Notes: generated by a model not told the origin, from the sequence alone. DNA of 64,000 bases from Anaerolineae bacterium (GCA_016926985.1 JAFGNO010000093.1:2933-66932), one strand, 5' to 3'. Positions 25,433 to 34,850 are shown, counted from the first letter of the stretch. A program made the numbers and translations.

Positions 25433-25789
25433 ATGTTGGATCTGTTAACACAGGAAGTTGTGCATGCCTTGGGGTTATTGCTCGCCGGATTAATGGCCTC
25501 TGCATTTGTGATGCTGGTGAAATCCATCAACACCTATCTGCACACGCACGTCTCGGGAGAAAACCTGACCTTTCTCAAAGGAATGGCGTCCACCATTGTG
25601 CGCTACGTGGAGCAGTCGGATGCATTCCACCAGGTGAAGCTGCAGGGCAGCGAGAAGAAGCAGAAAGCCCTGATGCTGTTCTCCGAATACTGTACAGAAA
25701 ATGCTATCCCCCTGGACTATGACTTCATGGACCGGTTGATTGAAGAGGCGGTCAACCTCATGAATGGCATGGTGCAGAGCGAACGATGA
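25433..25789 (+). CDS. membrane protein, holin-like (LL-H-family-like by recollection)
   Basis: 118 aa. N-terminal TM ALGLLLAGLMASAFVMLV. C-terminal GSEKKQKALMLF...LIEEAVNLM. AGAGGAG RBS. Confidence 0.45.
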   Translation: MLDLLTQEVVHALGLLLAGLMASAFVMLVKSINTYLHTHVSGENLTFLKGMASTIVRYVEQSDAFHQVKLQGSEKKQKALMLFSEYCTENAIPLDYDFMDRLIEEAVNLMNGMVQSER

Positions 25790-26283
25790 ACCTCGCCGGA
25801 AATTGGCCGTACCTCGAAAAAGTAGCCGAGGTACGGCTATCCCGTAACAAGACCCCGGACCACGTGTTCCGGTACGGGCCGGACATCGAAGTCATGGGAG
25901 CAGCAGGGGAAGTCATCGCCCGGAGGGTGTTGGGGCTGCCGGAACAACTCCACACCGGATGGGACGGGGGCAGTGATTTGACCTGGCGGAACTGGCGGGT
26001 GGATATCAAAACCACCAAATTGACACCTCGCCTGGAGTACCGCTATTTACAGTGGCGCGAAAGCAAGCCGCTGAAGGCAGATCTTGTCCTGATGATTGCG
26101 GTTGATTTGCAGGAGAAAAAGGGTGTGCCGGTTGGATGGGCCTGGAAGCAGGAAATGCTGGCGGCGCCCGTCAATCAGGAACGCTATCAGCCCTGCCACG
26201 AAATTCCCGTCCCGGATCTGCATCCGATCTGGATGCTGGAGACCATCCCGTGGAAGAAATGCAGCACGCTGCGAAATAGTTGA
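25786..26283 (+). CDS. hypothetical protein (possible PD-(D/E)xK fold)
   Basis: 165 aa. ATGA coupling to the upstream gene. GAAGEVIARRVLG...GGSDL...VDIKTTK. Confidence 0.5.
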   Translation: MNLAGNWPYLEKVAEVRLSRNKTPDHVFRYGPDIEVMGAAGEVIARRVLGLPEQLHTGWDGGSDLTWRNWRVDIKTTKLTPRLEYRYLQWRESKPLKADLVLMIAVDLQEKKGVPVGWAWKQEMLAAPVNQERYQPCHEIPVPDLHPIWMLETIPWKKCSTLRNS

Positions 26284-26459
26284 ATAGTACGATCCCCGTC
26301 CGGCGCTGCGGCCCGGCGTCCGGGAGAAGTCCTGTACCCACTGGACGGGCCCATTGGGGATGATGATCAAAAAGGCGCAGGCGCGCCACGGGGGCTCACC
26401 CTTTCCCCCCAGAACGGCCTCATCGGGGCAGCCTGCGCTGGTTTTTTCCGGAGGTTGTC

Positions 26460-26555
26460 ATGCAGAAGCGGAATGAACAGGACGATATCTTCACCGGTGC
26501 CATGATCATGCTGTTCATCCTGTACCTGATGGCCCGTATCGCTGCAGGGAACTGA
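26460..26555 (+). CDS. 31-aa single-TM micro-protein (candidate)
   Basis: GGAGG RBS. MQKRNEQDDIFTGAMIMLFILYLMARIAAGN. Its stop abuts the RBS of the HNH gene. Confidence 0.35.
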   Translation: MQKRNEQDDIFTGAMIMLFILYLMARIAAGN

Positions 26556-26566
26556 GGAGGACCATC

Positions 26567-27085
26567 ATGAAGCCTGTCCCCAAACCGGAACCTTCCTCCC
26601 GCGGACACGGTTCGCAGAGAAACCGCTCGATCGTGGATGCAGCGCGGGAACGCGATGGTGTGTGCCTGGTTGGATTGTGGAGCCAGGATGGATGTGTCCC
26701 TGGCGTGGATGTAGCCCATATCCGGGGCTGGGGCGCCCACCGCTCCTCAGCAGACGTGTTGGAAAATGTGATCTGCCTGTGCCGCAAGCATCATCAGCTG
26801 CATGAAAACGGCGCCATCCCGGATATCACCCTGCAGGGCATCCTGTATCACTACTACGGCTATGGACCGGAACCGGATGTCGTACAAGCCCTGGACTGGA
26901 TCAGGGAATTCGCCCAGTCCTACGGCCTGCAGGCAACCTTCCGCCTGACCGATGCCTTGATCACCGTGCGGTACGCCGGGTTGTTTTCCAATCTCACACA
27001 GGACATCTCCTGGCCGGTCCTGGAACGGCGCACCATGCTGACAACCACTGTGGATGATTTTCTGTATTCCAAGACCAGGAAGTAG
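26567..27085 (+). CDS. HNH endonuclease (terminase-associated type)
   Basis: VAHIRGWGAH...NVICLCRKHHQLHENG. Immediately upstream of TerL. Confidence 0.85.
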   Translation: MKPVPKPEPSSRGHGSQRNRSIVDAARERDGVCLVGLWSQDGCVPGVDVAHIRGWGAHRSSADVLENVICLCRKHHQLHENGAIPDITLQGILYHYYGYGPEPDVVQALDWIREFAQSYGLQATFRLTDALITVRYAGLFSNLTQDISWPVLERRTMLTTTVDDFLYSKTRK

Positions 27086-27102
27086 TTTTCGACGTCGAAA
27101 TC
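27085..27102. repeat. 18-bp palindrome family copy 9
   Basis: GTTTTCGACGTCGAAATC. Starts at the last base of the HNH stop codon and ends 10 nt before the TerL ATG. Confidence 0.9.
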
Positions 27103-27112
27103 CGGAGATCCC

Positions 27113-28615
27113 ATGCCCATTCTGACCGAAGCTGACCAGACCCTGCTGCCGCTGGCACTCAGAGAAAACAAAGGCTGTGTCACTGCGTCGGAATGGTATT
27201 TCGGGCAGACGCCGATGCCGCTGCAGTATGCCTTTCACCAGATCCTGGTCCCGAACGTCACCTACCTGGCCGGCATCGCCGCCGGAAAAACCACCGCCGT
27301 GGCTCAATCCTACACCCTGGACTGCATCAGCATCCCGCATTTCAAGGCCCTCAACACCTCCGTTACCTCCACGCAGGCGGAGCTGGTGTTTGAAATGATC
27401 AACGGCTGGATTGAGACCAACGACCACCTTGCCCACCTGGTAGAAGACATCAGCCTGCGCCCCTACCCGGTCATCCTCTTCAAGAACTATTCCGAATACC
27501 ACTTCCGTACCGCTGGAAAGGATGCACGCTTTATACGCGGCCAGGAATATGACCGCATCAATTACGACGAAGCCGGACTGGATTACGCCGGGGTGTCTCT
27601 GCAGACCCTGCGCGGCCGGTTGCGCGGCAAGCGCCCGGACGGGAACACCCGCATGGCACGCATGGACGTGACCACCTCCCCGACCGACGCCCCCTGGCTG
27701 GAGCAGCGCTTCAACCGCGGCGTCAAAGACCATCCCACGGCTGCCCTGGAGATGTACCGGTCCATCCGGGCGACCATCTATGACAACACGCACCTCACAC
27801 CGCAGCAGGTTGCCCTGATGGAGGCGGACTATACCGATGAGATGATCGACGTGGAGCTGCGCGGATTATTCCCCAAATACGGCCTGACCATGTTCCCGCG
27901 GGAGCATATCGATGCCTGTACCGACATGGAACTGAACGACCTCATGACCGAAGCCATCCGGCCAGAGACCGGCAAACCCCAATCCGGCTACCGGTACATC
28001 GAACACCCGCGCTACGGGATCACGCATTTCGAACTCCCGGCGGAAAAACAGGGACGTTATATCCTGGCCGGTGATCCCGGCATGGGGGACCCGCCCAAAC
28101 GTAACGCACCGGTTGTATTGGTGGCCCGGATCGACCGGGAACCGTGGGACATTGTGTATTTTGACTGGGTGTATGGGCGCGGGTCGTATAAGCCCTTCCT
28201 GAATTCCTTCAAGTATGCTATCGAAAAGTACCAGCCTGTGCTCCGGGGACTGGATGCCACCGGCACGCAGCGGGCCATTGAGGAACTGGCCTTTGAAAGT
28301 GAAGGCATCGTCGTGGAGGGGTTGAATTTTCAACGGGACAAGGACGCCATGATCAATGCGCTGTCTCTATGCATCACCGGGCACCGCTTCCGCTGGCCGG
28401 TGATCCGTGGCCTGATCAATCAGATGCGCACCTACAAACGGGAAGAAGACAAGAAGCTGGCCCAGGATATTGTGATGACCCTGGCCGAGATTGCGTTCCT
28501 GGCCCGCTGGCTCCCGGAGGAGATGGGGGCAGACGTTGCCTACACCCGCGCCGGTGCCTTTCGTAACCGCAAGCAGCGCACCACCATGGGCCGGCGGGGA
28601 AGGACGAGGAGGTAG
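27113..28615 (+). CDS. terminase large subunit
   Basis: 500 aa. Walker A LAGIAAGKTTAV. Acidic motifs YDRINYDEAG. Lies between HNH and (across the island) portal. Confidence 0.8.
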   Translation: MPILTEADQTLLPLALRENKGCVTASEWYFGQTPMPLQYAFHQILVPNVTYLAGIAAGKTTAVAQSYTLDCISIPHFKALNTSVTSTQAELVFEMINGWIETNDHLAHLVEDISLRPYPVILFKNYSEYHFRTAGKDARFIRGQEYDRINYDEAGLDYAGVSLQTLRGRLRGKRPDGNTRMARMDVTTSPTDAPWLEQRFNRGVKDHPTAALEMYRSIRATIYDNTHLTPQQVALMEADYTDEMIDVELRGLFPKYGLTMFPREHIDACTDMELNDLMTEAIRPETGKPQSGYRYIEHPRYGITHFELPAEKQGRYILAGDPGMGDPPKRNAPVVLVARIDREPWDIVYFDWVYGRGSYKPFLNSFKYAIEKYQPVLRGLDATGTQRAIEELAFESEGIVVEGLNFQRDKDAMINALSLCITGHRFRWPVIRGLINQMRTYKREEDKKLAQDIVMTLAEIAFLARWLPEEMGADVAYTRAGAFRNRKQRTTMGRRGRTRR

Positions 28616-28617
28616 GG

Positions 28618-28881
28618 ATGCCGGTGTACACCTATGTCTGCCCGCAGTGCAGCCGGGTTTTCGATGTCGAAAAGTCGATGACGGCGCCCCACCCTGTTCA
28701 CTGTGAGGACTGCGGGTATCAAGGTCCGTTGATGCGACGCTTCAATCAACCTTCAATCAAGTACAGATGTTCAGGCTTCTACACCACAGACAAGAAACTG
28801 GACACGTTCGTTCCTGGCTATGACGGGCCGGATGAAGTGACGTTGATGGAGATGGGGGAGGATGTGCCTGGGGAGGGGTGA
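28618..28881 (+). CDS. FmdB-family zinc-ribbon protein
   Basis: MPVYTYVCPQCSRVFDVEK...HCEDCG. Contains palindrome copy 10. Confidence 0.8.
   Translation: MPVYTYVCPQCSRVFDVEKSMTAPHPVHCEDCGYQGPLMRRFNQPSIKYRCSGFYTTDKKLDTFVPGYDGPDEVTLMEMGEDVPGEG
28657..28674. repeat. 18-bp palindrome family copy 10
   Basis: GTTTTCGATGTCGAAAAG (inside the FmdB gene). Confidence 0.9.
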
Positions 28882-28884
28882 GGA
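28813..28884 (+). repeat. 72-bp direct repeat, copy 1 (3' end of the FmdB gene)
   Basis: CCTGGCTATGACGGGCCGGATGAAGTGACGTTGATGGAGATGGGGGAGGATGTGCCTGGGGAGGGGTGAGGA. 69/72 identical to 30068-30139. Confidence 0.95.
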
Positions 28885-29050
28885 GACGCTGAAACGCGAT
28901 AATAATCCCTAAATGAAAAAATTCTTCAGCTGATTTATGAACTGGATCACTAAATCGTTGTTCAATGGAGCGAACCATGCTAGGATCGAGTGTGTCTTCA
29001 CGGCAGTTCTACCGCGATGGCTAATAATTACGGTGTCTAGTTTACTAATT

Positions 29051-29818
29051 ATGGATCACATACCTAATAACCAAAGAGTAACCCAAAGAAACTTTCTACA
29101 ACTCTTTTTTGGATCTATTTGGGGTATTATCCTATCGTCATGTAATTTTCGTATAAGCACTCTAACACCTACTATTCAAAACACCAAGACACCCGCTCCT
29201 GAACCATCCAGCCCCCCCTCCCCCAGGAATACCTCAACGCCTACCAAGACCCCATCTCAAACCCCTACACACACTACAATACCTACTCAGGATTACTGCA
29301 AAACCGAGGTTGTTAATGATCTGAATCGGCTTGTCTCCACATTATCAGATCAAAACATCTTGTATCAAAACGAAAAAGGAGATCATCCATATTCTGATGG
29401 AACACTATACATAAATGTTGGGGATTGGGAAGTAGAGATCAATAATCAAATATTGGAATATATCGAGCAGTGCGATTTAGAGTTAGCCCTTCTTGAAGAA
29501 ATCGTAAATGAGTTCAGGCTCTTTGAAATTACCAATCGTGATGGTGACTTGATTCTCAACACCCGATCCGCTCCCATATCGGGTCCAAACCAGGGAGAAG
29601 GTGAATATTCGATCGCTTTCACGGGAGGAATTGGCAGGGTATTTTATCTGGCTGTCTTAGTTCAAAGAGAATGGATACCTGTTGAGAATTCTGAGATCGC
29701 TTTTGGATTTCTGATCGCAAAACCAACCAACAACCCTGACGAAGGCGATGCTGGGGGAAGTGGCAGCACAAGCGACACTAACAATACTAGTAGTTGGAGT
29801 TCCACGAGCGATCAGTAG
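29051..29818 (+). CDS. lipoprotein with Pro/Thr/Ser-rich linker
   Basis: From MDHIPNNQRVTQRNFLQLFFGSIWGIILSSC (lipobox LSSC). The ORF is open from 28937. Confidence 0.55.
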   Translation: MDHIPNNQRVTQRNFLQLFFGSIWGIILSSCNFRISTLTPTIQNTKTPAPEPSSPPSPRNTSTPTKTPSQTPTHTTIPTQDYCKTEVVNDLNRLVSTLSDQNILYQNEKGDHPYSDGTLYINVGDWEVEINNQILEYIEQCDLELALLEEIVNEFRLFEITNRDGDLILNTRSAPISGPNQGEGEYSIAFTGGIGRVFYLAVLVQREWIPVENSEIAFGFLIAKPTNNPDEGDAGGSGSTSDTNNTSSWSSTSDQ

Positions 29819-29911
29819 TGGACCCATATAGTTGGACACTTATTGAGGCATCCTTATGGGGATGCATTATACTGAGTAATAAGCGAAAATTCAGAATACC
29901 GTGGATTTTAA

Positions 29912-29992
29912 GCATACCTCCTGTTGCCTAATCATGAGCGTCCCCATCAGGCATTGGATTATAAAACACTGGCAGAAATTTATTTCTGTGTT
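29912..29992 (+). pseudogene. remnant of a DDE transposase/integrase C-terminus
   Basis: LPNHERPHQALDYKTLAEIYF matches the conserved YN..RPH.aLgy.TP.e tail of rve-domain transposases. Only about 27 codons are present. Confidence 0.6.
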
Positions 29993-30067
29993 GACGGGGG
30001 ATCTAATGTTGGGTTCCCCCTAAACCTTTATGGAGCACATAAAGTCCAGCTAGTTCGGGTTGCCTCA

Positions 30068-30139
30068 CCTGGCTATAACGGGCCGGATGAAGTGACGCTT
30101 ATGGAGATGGGGGAGGATGTGCCTGGGGAGGGGTGAGGA
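30068..30139 (+). repeat. 72-bp direct repeat, copy 2 (orphan FmdB 3' end)
   Basis: Encodes ...PGYNGPDEVTLMEMGEDVPGEG-stop with no zinc-ribbon part upstream. Confidence 0.95.
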
Positions 30140-30223
30140 AACTGGGAGGCCAAGGTTTCCAGCGGCAATAGATTATGCCTATCGTAACCATCCGAATTGC
30201 CTTGCTGCATTAGTCTTTACCGT

Positions 30224-31798
30224 CTAATATCTTGCATTTGTAATTCTGGATAATGCTTTGTAGAAATCTTCCTCATCAATCATCAAGTTGGTAGTATCAA
30301 TTTCTTCAATTTGTAGCAACGCAGAATTAAGATCAAAGCTTCTGCGAATGCAATTATATGCGCCTTCACGAGCAACGAAGGCGATATCGGCACCAGTAAG
30401 GCCAAGTAATTGATTGCTTAATTCCTCAATATGGATATTCGGTGAAAGAGGCATTCCTGATATGCACTTAGAAAAGATATCAAAGCAGCCCTTCTTGGTA
30501 GGTTTCTTTACCTCGATATGGTAATCAAACCTCCCTGGTCTCACCAATGCTTGGTCTAGTAACTCTGGACGATTGGTTGAGCCCAATACTCGAATATTCC
30601 CATAATTCTCAAGACCGTCCATTAATGATAGCAATTGATTAACAAAACGCGAATCTAATCTAAGGTTTTCTTCACCTGATCGTTGTTGAGCAATGGAATC
30701 AATTTCATCAAAGAATATTATTGCTGGTTCCAATTCTTGAGCCTCTTCAAAAATCATACGAAGATTTTTCTCAGATTGCCCATGATACTTATTGAGTAGT
30801 TCAGGGCCTTTCACACCGATAAAGTGTGCATTAATTTCATTTGCAATTGCTTTGGCAATCATAGTTTTGCCACACCCTGGAGGACCATAAAGCAATATCC
30901 CTTTATGAGGGATAATTTTCATGTATTCAAACAGGTTTGGCTGCTTCAACGGTAATTCAATTACTTCTCTAATTGTCCCGATGATCTCATCTAAACCACC
31001 GATATCCTCAAATGATACCTCTGGAATATCCCGTTTCCTCTTTTCGCGCAGCTCTGTTTCAAATGAAATTCTTCCAAATGAAATTTGTTGTGATCCATTG
31101 TCCACTTCTTCCTTTTTCGGTTGAATTCCTGTAATTTTCTCTTCAATTGTGTAGCCATCGTCAATTTCTTGTCGCTTCAGCTCAAATTGCTCATCGGTAT
31201 TCGGATCGATTTCATTCGGCAACTTAGACAAGATTATGTCTATATTATCTACATCAAAATACGGGCAAAATGAGAGTAACTTTGATCCTGCTTCATCAAC
31301 TAGGATTTCCTTAATCTTCTCTTTATCGATTTGCCATTTCTCGTTGCTGAAACTGCCAAAGTCGTACCAAATCCTTCCATTGTACTGACGATAACCCCAA
31401 GAATTCGTGGGATGATGATATCTATTTATGGACACTAGATGTCTACATTGCCAGCCTTCCTTAATATCTTGATCAATGTAACAATACTTTGCTCCTAAGT
31501 AGTTCATCCCAGATGCACAGGACATAGTATTTTTTAAGTTCCGTATTTGATCTGACGAGGCAGTATTTCCATTTATGAGAATTTCCGTTCCTTTCCAATT
31601 TTGGATCATTTCATAGATAATTTGGAATATTTGATAATGCTCGACGAATTGGGTGCTATCAAATTCAATTGAATTTGTCTTTGAGCTTTCAGTAAAAGTG
31701 TATGTATCAAATTTCTTACACATCCTAATAACTTTTGGATAATTTTGTGAACTTGATTTTGAAAACCTAAGTGTAACTAGAAAATCTGATTTATCCAT
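30224..31798 (-). CDS. classical-clade AAA+ ATPase (CDC48/FtsH-like module) with an unknown ~260-aa N-terminal domain
   Basis: [20 protein letters not shown] (Walker A), [12 protein letters not shown] (Walker B), [20 protein letters not shown] (SRH / Arg fingers). Confidence 0.88.
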   Translation of the reverse strand: MDKSDFLVTLRFSKSSSQNYPKVIRMCKKFDTYTFTESSKTNSIEFDSTQFVEHYQIFQIIYEMIQNWKGTEILINGNTASSDQIRNLKNTMSCASGMNYLGAKYCYIDQDIKEGWQCRHLVSINRYHHPTNSWGYRQYNGRIWYDFGSFSNEKWQIDKEKIKEILVDEAGSKLLSFCPYFDVDNIDIILSKLPNEIDPNTDEQFELKRQEIDDGYTIEEKITGIQPKKEEVDNGSQQISFGRISFETELREKRKRDIPEVSFEDIGGLDEIIGTIREVIELPLKQPNLFEYMKIIPHKGILLYGPPGCGKTMIAKAIANEINAHFIGVKGPELLNKYHGQSEKNLRMIFEEAQELEPAIIFFDEIDSIAQQRSGEENLRLDSRFVNQLLSLMDGLENYGNIRVLGSTNRPELLDQALVRPGRFDYHIEVKKPTKKGCFDIFSKCISGMPLSPNIHIEELSNQLLGLTGADIAFVAREGAYNCIRRSFDLNSALLQIEEIDTTNLMIDEEDFYKALSRITNARY

Positions 31799-32096
31799 TT
31801 TCAGAACCTCGGAACCTAAGTAAGTTAAATAACTTTAGCTGAGACGCACGAGCTCATCAACTCAAGTTTTTCAGATTGACACTTTAGCTCAATCAACTGT
31901 CAACCGCTGCAGATCCTCAACTACAATCTGAAAACATCATAGAGACGAGACTAATTGTATAGGTGCCGGAATTATTGCCAAACTCAGTTTCAGCAACAGG
32001 AATTCGACCCAATTTTTTAACCATCTCCTAAGTAACTCGTGCGGTCTGATCCTGATAGCCTTCTACCTAACTATAGGCAACGTTAGAGGAGCCTTT

Positions 32097-33065
32097 TCAA
32101 ATATTTAATAAAGGTTTTTCAAAAAACCATAACGGACTCGATGGGACTTCATAATCTGAAATGTCCTCATGAAGAAACCAGGTAAGCAGCTCTCTTAATG
32201 CCTCCATCGCGTTCTTAGTAGATGGATAGTCATTCTCCGCATTATGAGCCAGATCATTTCTACTCTTTCTTGCCTTGTGAAGTCTATCTGCCAAATCCTC
32301 AGAGAAAATACCCGCCGTAAGTAATATTTCTGTCTGAATAGCAGCTGTGTAAGTTCTAGTATCCTTTAATCGATTTAACCGGTTCTTATTTTCAATTTCA
32401 TCACGATACTTCCTCCATTCATGAGCAATAAGTTGTTCACATGCAATCCAAGAATTAAGGAGGGAAGTGTCAAGATGATATCTTGAGAACGATGAATAAG
32501 CAGTAACGATGAACGCAGGCAAGCTTAAAGAAACGGATTCGAGTTTGGTTGCAAGATCTAAATTAGCGACTTTATAAATGATCTCAATACTGGAATTTAA
32601 GGAGGTCCACATAAGTTCGTCTTCTTCATTTTTGCGACTTGAATCAAATGGCGCTAGATTATAGCTAGGCTTGAAAGACACTGAGGGGTAGAGGATAGAA
32701 ACATGACCATTATGTATTTCGCCAACACAAAGGCGAGATGGAGTAGCAGCCTCAGAAATCAATCCGTTTAGTGTCAACTCACAGATTAGACGATTCAGTA
32801 GTCTGCAGGAGTTATGTTCAAAATCGAGTTGCAAGTTCAGATAATCTAAATTTAGATGTCCCAAATCATTCTCCCTTCGACCTAATAGATCATCGGGGAT
32901 AGGAAGGAATAATCCTCCCATTGCTGTGATGTGGATTCGATAATCGGAGTTAACTGCAACTGTTCTAATAATTTTGTGAGCGCTTTTTGGGTTTTCAAGA
33001 TTGACTTCAGTTAAAAATGTGAGTGGATCGAGATAAGTTCCGATGAAATATTTCGCTTGGTTCAC
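32097..33065 (-). CDS. HEPN-domain protein (Abi-like), unknown N-terminal domain
   Basis: C-terminal helical region with LHKARKSRNDLAHN (Rx4H HEPN motif). Confidence 0.55.
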   Translation of the reverse strand: MNQAKYFIGTYLDPLTFLTEVNLENPKSAHKIIRTVAVNSDYRIHITAMGGLFLPIPDDLLGRRENDLGHLNLDYLNLQLDFEHNSCRLLNRLICELTLNGLISEAATPSRLCVGEIHNGHVSILYPSVSFKPSYNLAPFDSSRKNEEDELMWTSLNSSIEIIYKVANLDLATKLESVSLSLPAFIVTAYSSFSRYHLDTSLLNSWIACEQLIAHEWRKYRDEIENKNRLNRLKDTRTYTAAIQTEILLTAGIFSEDLADRLHKARKSRNDLAHNAENDYPSTKNAMEALRELLTWFLHEDISDYEVPSSPLWFFEKPLLNI

Positions 33066-33258
33066 GCTGTCACTCCGATTTACAAACTCATAAATATAAC
33101 CTAACAGTTATAGTTACTGGCATGCCTGGTACTTGCTGAAAAGATACAAGATAACGATCTCATAATTGATATTGAAACCTGAAACCCCAATAGTCAAAGC
33201 ATCGTCGAGACAATTCCTTGGTATGTTGTTATGCGAAAGTTGATTGTTCACCCAGCCA

Positions 33259-33417
33259 TTATTTTGGCTTGCTTGGCCTAGGTTTCGGTTTTTCGGGCGG
33301 TGGGGCTGGGACCCGTTGACCTTTTATTGCGTCATTGCCACTACCGATTTTTTTATCAGGAGTACCGGTTTTCTTTTCCTCCAGAAATATTGCATTTGGT
33401 TTCCTTCTGAGTAACAT
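33259..33417 (-). CDS. 52-aa Lys/Pro-rich peptide (candidate)
   Basis: TAGGAG RBS overlapping the upstream stop. MLLRRKPNAIFLEEKKTGTPDKK...PPPEKPKPRPSKPK. Confidence 0.35.
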   Translation of the reverse strand: MLLRRKPNAIFLEEKKTGTPDKKIGSGNDAIKGQRVPAPPPEKPKPRPSKPK

Positions 33418-33425
33418 TTTTACTC

Positions 33426-33827
33426 CTAAAGGTTTGAGTGTGTAAAAATTGCAGCGAAAATTACGCCCACTACAAATAAAATACCGCCTAATGCATTCAA
33501 AATGCCTGTGAGAATATCCTGCCATCCACCAGGATGATTATCATAAATTTTTTCTATATCAACTTGCTTAATCGCCTTCCTCAATGCCCAATTGCTGGAG
33601 TAGAAGGATAATAAAACAATAGAAATGCTTATAGCCCATAAAATCCAAGCCACTAAGATGTAATTGGGATTGACTACTGAATTGCTGCCAATAATGTCTT
33701 TTATAAATGCAAAGGTAATTCCTAACGCGCCACCCGATAACGCGATAAGGTTTTTATCGTAATCATCCTGAGCTTTTTGCTCTGCAGTCATCAAGTTTGT
33801 CCTATATTTTTCGAGTAAATCAGACAT
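33426..33827 (-). CDS. three-TM membrane protein
   Basis: 133 aa from MSDLLEKYRT (AGAGGA RBS). TM segments LIALSGGALGITFAFI, ILVAWILWAISISIVLLSFY, ILNALGGILFVVGVIFAAIF. Confidence 0.6.
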   Translation of the reverse strand: MSDLLEKYRTNLMTAEQKAQDDYDKNLIALSGGALGITFAFIKDIIGSNSVVNPNYILVAWILWAISISIVLLSFYSSNWALRKAIKQVDIEKIYDNHPGGWQDILTGILNALGGILFVVGVIFAAIFTHSNL

Positions 33828-34199
33828 TTTTTTCCTCTTGCTCGATTGGATTATCAAAAAAATCCTCCCCTTTTTAGGGAGTCTATAGCACACGAACACT
33901 TCGTCAAGATTTTAATAACCTTCGCCAAGGCAACAGAAACTGCGAGTAGAACGAGGTCCCTCAAGCTTACCTTCACTAATATGGAATCAAATTTGTCTTC
34001 CTGAATTATTCCGGAATTCAACTCATAAAGTAGCCGTTAAGCGATCAGCCCCTTCGAACTAAAGCGCTGTTATTCGTCCCAAATCCTGCTTTCTAAATAA
34101 AGAGATAGTCTCCCACCAGACAAATCGTTGCATTTCCTCGACCGATTCCAGAGTGAAGTTAGCCGGAGATGAGACGACCCAAACAAAGATCTGTGGTGA

Positions 34200-34850
34200 T
34201 TAAACAAATGCTTTAAGAAAGCTTTCAAAGCTCTGAATATGTCCGGTCTGGTCCAAACGAATTTGAAGCTGTTCTAAATATTTGGAATGTAATAAAGCTT
34301 TGGGTTGGCTTTTTGAATAAGTCAAATTCCTATATTTGTCATTCAATGCAGCAATTAGATATTTCTTCGCAAACTGAGCTCTTGACAGATCTTCTATTGC
34401 CGGTAATTGTTCAGGGTCTTGACTTCCTACATTGAAAAATCTTTGATAGGTTCTTAATCGAGAAGATTGGGAGTTTCGACGAATTATCTTTCTATTGCCA
34501 AGAGCCCAAGTCTCAAAGCAAAAATGCTGAACCACAATCTTAACTGGTACTCGACAAGGAAATTGGACTAAGTGGGACTGGATTTCCTCGTATTTTTCAT
34601 CTCTCGACATTTCTTCAGAGTCTATTGATATCACAAGCCGGTCAAAATTTGTGTGAGAATTTACATCAGAAATAGCATTCTCAATAACAGTAAAATAACG
34701 TGGGTATCCACCACCCGTTATGAGGTAGCAATCATCATTCTTAATCTCATCGATATAGTTCTTCAGAGTTAGGCGCGGATTAATTAAAGGGATCCAATGT
34801 TTATAAACCTTCTGCTCAGTTACCCCCTCAACCACAACATAGATATTCAT
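34200..34850 (-). CDS. TOPRIM-like protein (DUF4276/RloB-like)
   Basis: MNIYVVVEGVTEQKVY (conserved EG.TE start). RLVISIDSEE (acidic DxD-like). ATGA coupling to the ATPase gene. Confidence 0.55.
   Translation of the reverse strand: MNIYVVVEGVTEQKVYKHWIPLINPRLTLKNYIDEIKNDDCYLITGGGYPRYFTVIENAISDVNSHTNFDRLVISIDSEEMSRDEKYEEIQSHLVQFPCRVPVKIVVQHFCFETWALGNRKIIRRNSQSSRLRTYQRFFNVGSQDPEQLPAIEDLSRAQFAKKYLIAALNDKYRNLTYSKSQPKALLHSKYLEQLQIRLDQTGHIQSFESFLKAFV

Noticed and set aside
25806-25837. Perfect 11-bp inverted repeat GCCGTACCTCG-N10-CGAGGTACGGC, 20 nt into the 165-aa gene
   Set aside because: By a rough estimate, one such repeat is not improbable in 64 kb. It has no T-tract and no recurrence. It is noted only as a possible modulator of translational coupling.
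26747-27793. 348-aa ORF antisense to the HNH/TerL genes
   Set aside because: Same shadow-ORF pattern (Gly/Arg/His/Val-rich). It spans two real genes and an intergenic palindrome.
31832-31889. Direct repeats ACTTTAGCT (x2) and CTCA(A)TCAACT-like strings upstream of the AAA+ gene, considered as iterons
   Set aside because: Only two short copies in AT-rich DNA. Insufficient to call an origin or operator, and mentioned only under the AAA+ finding.
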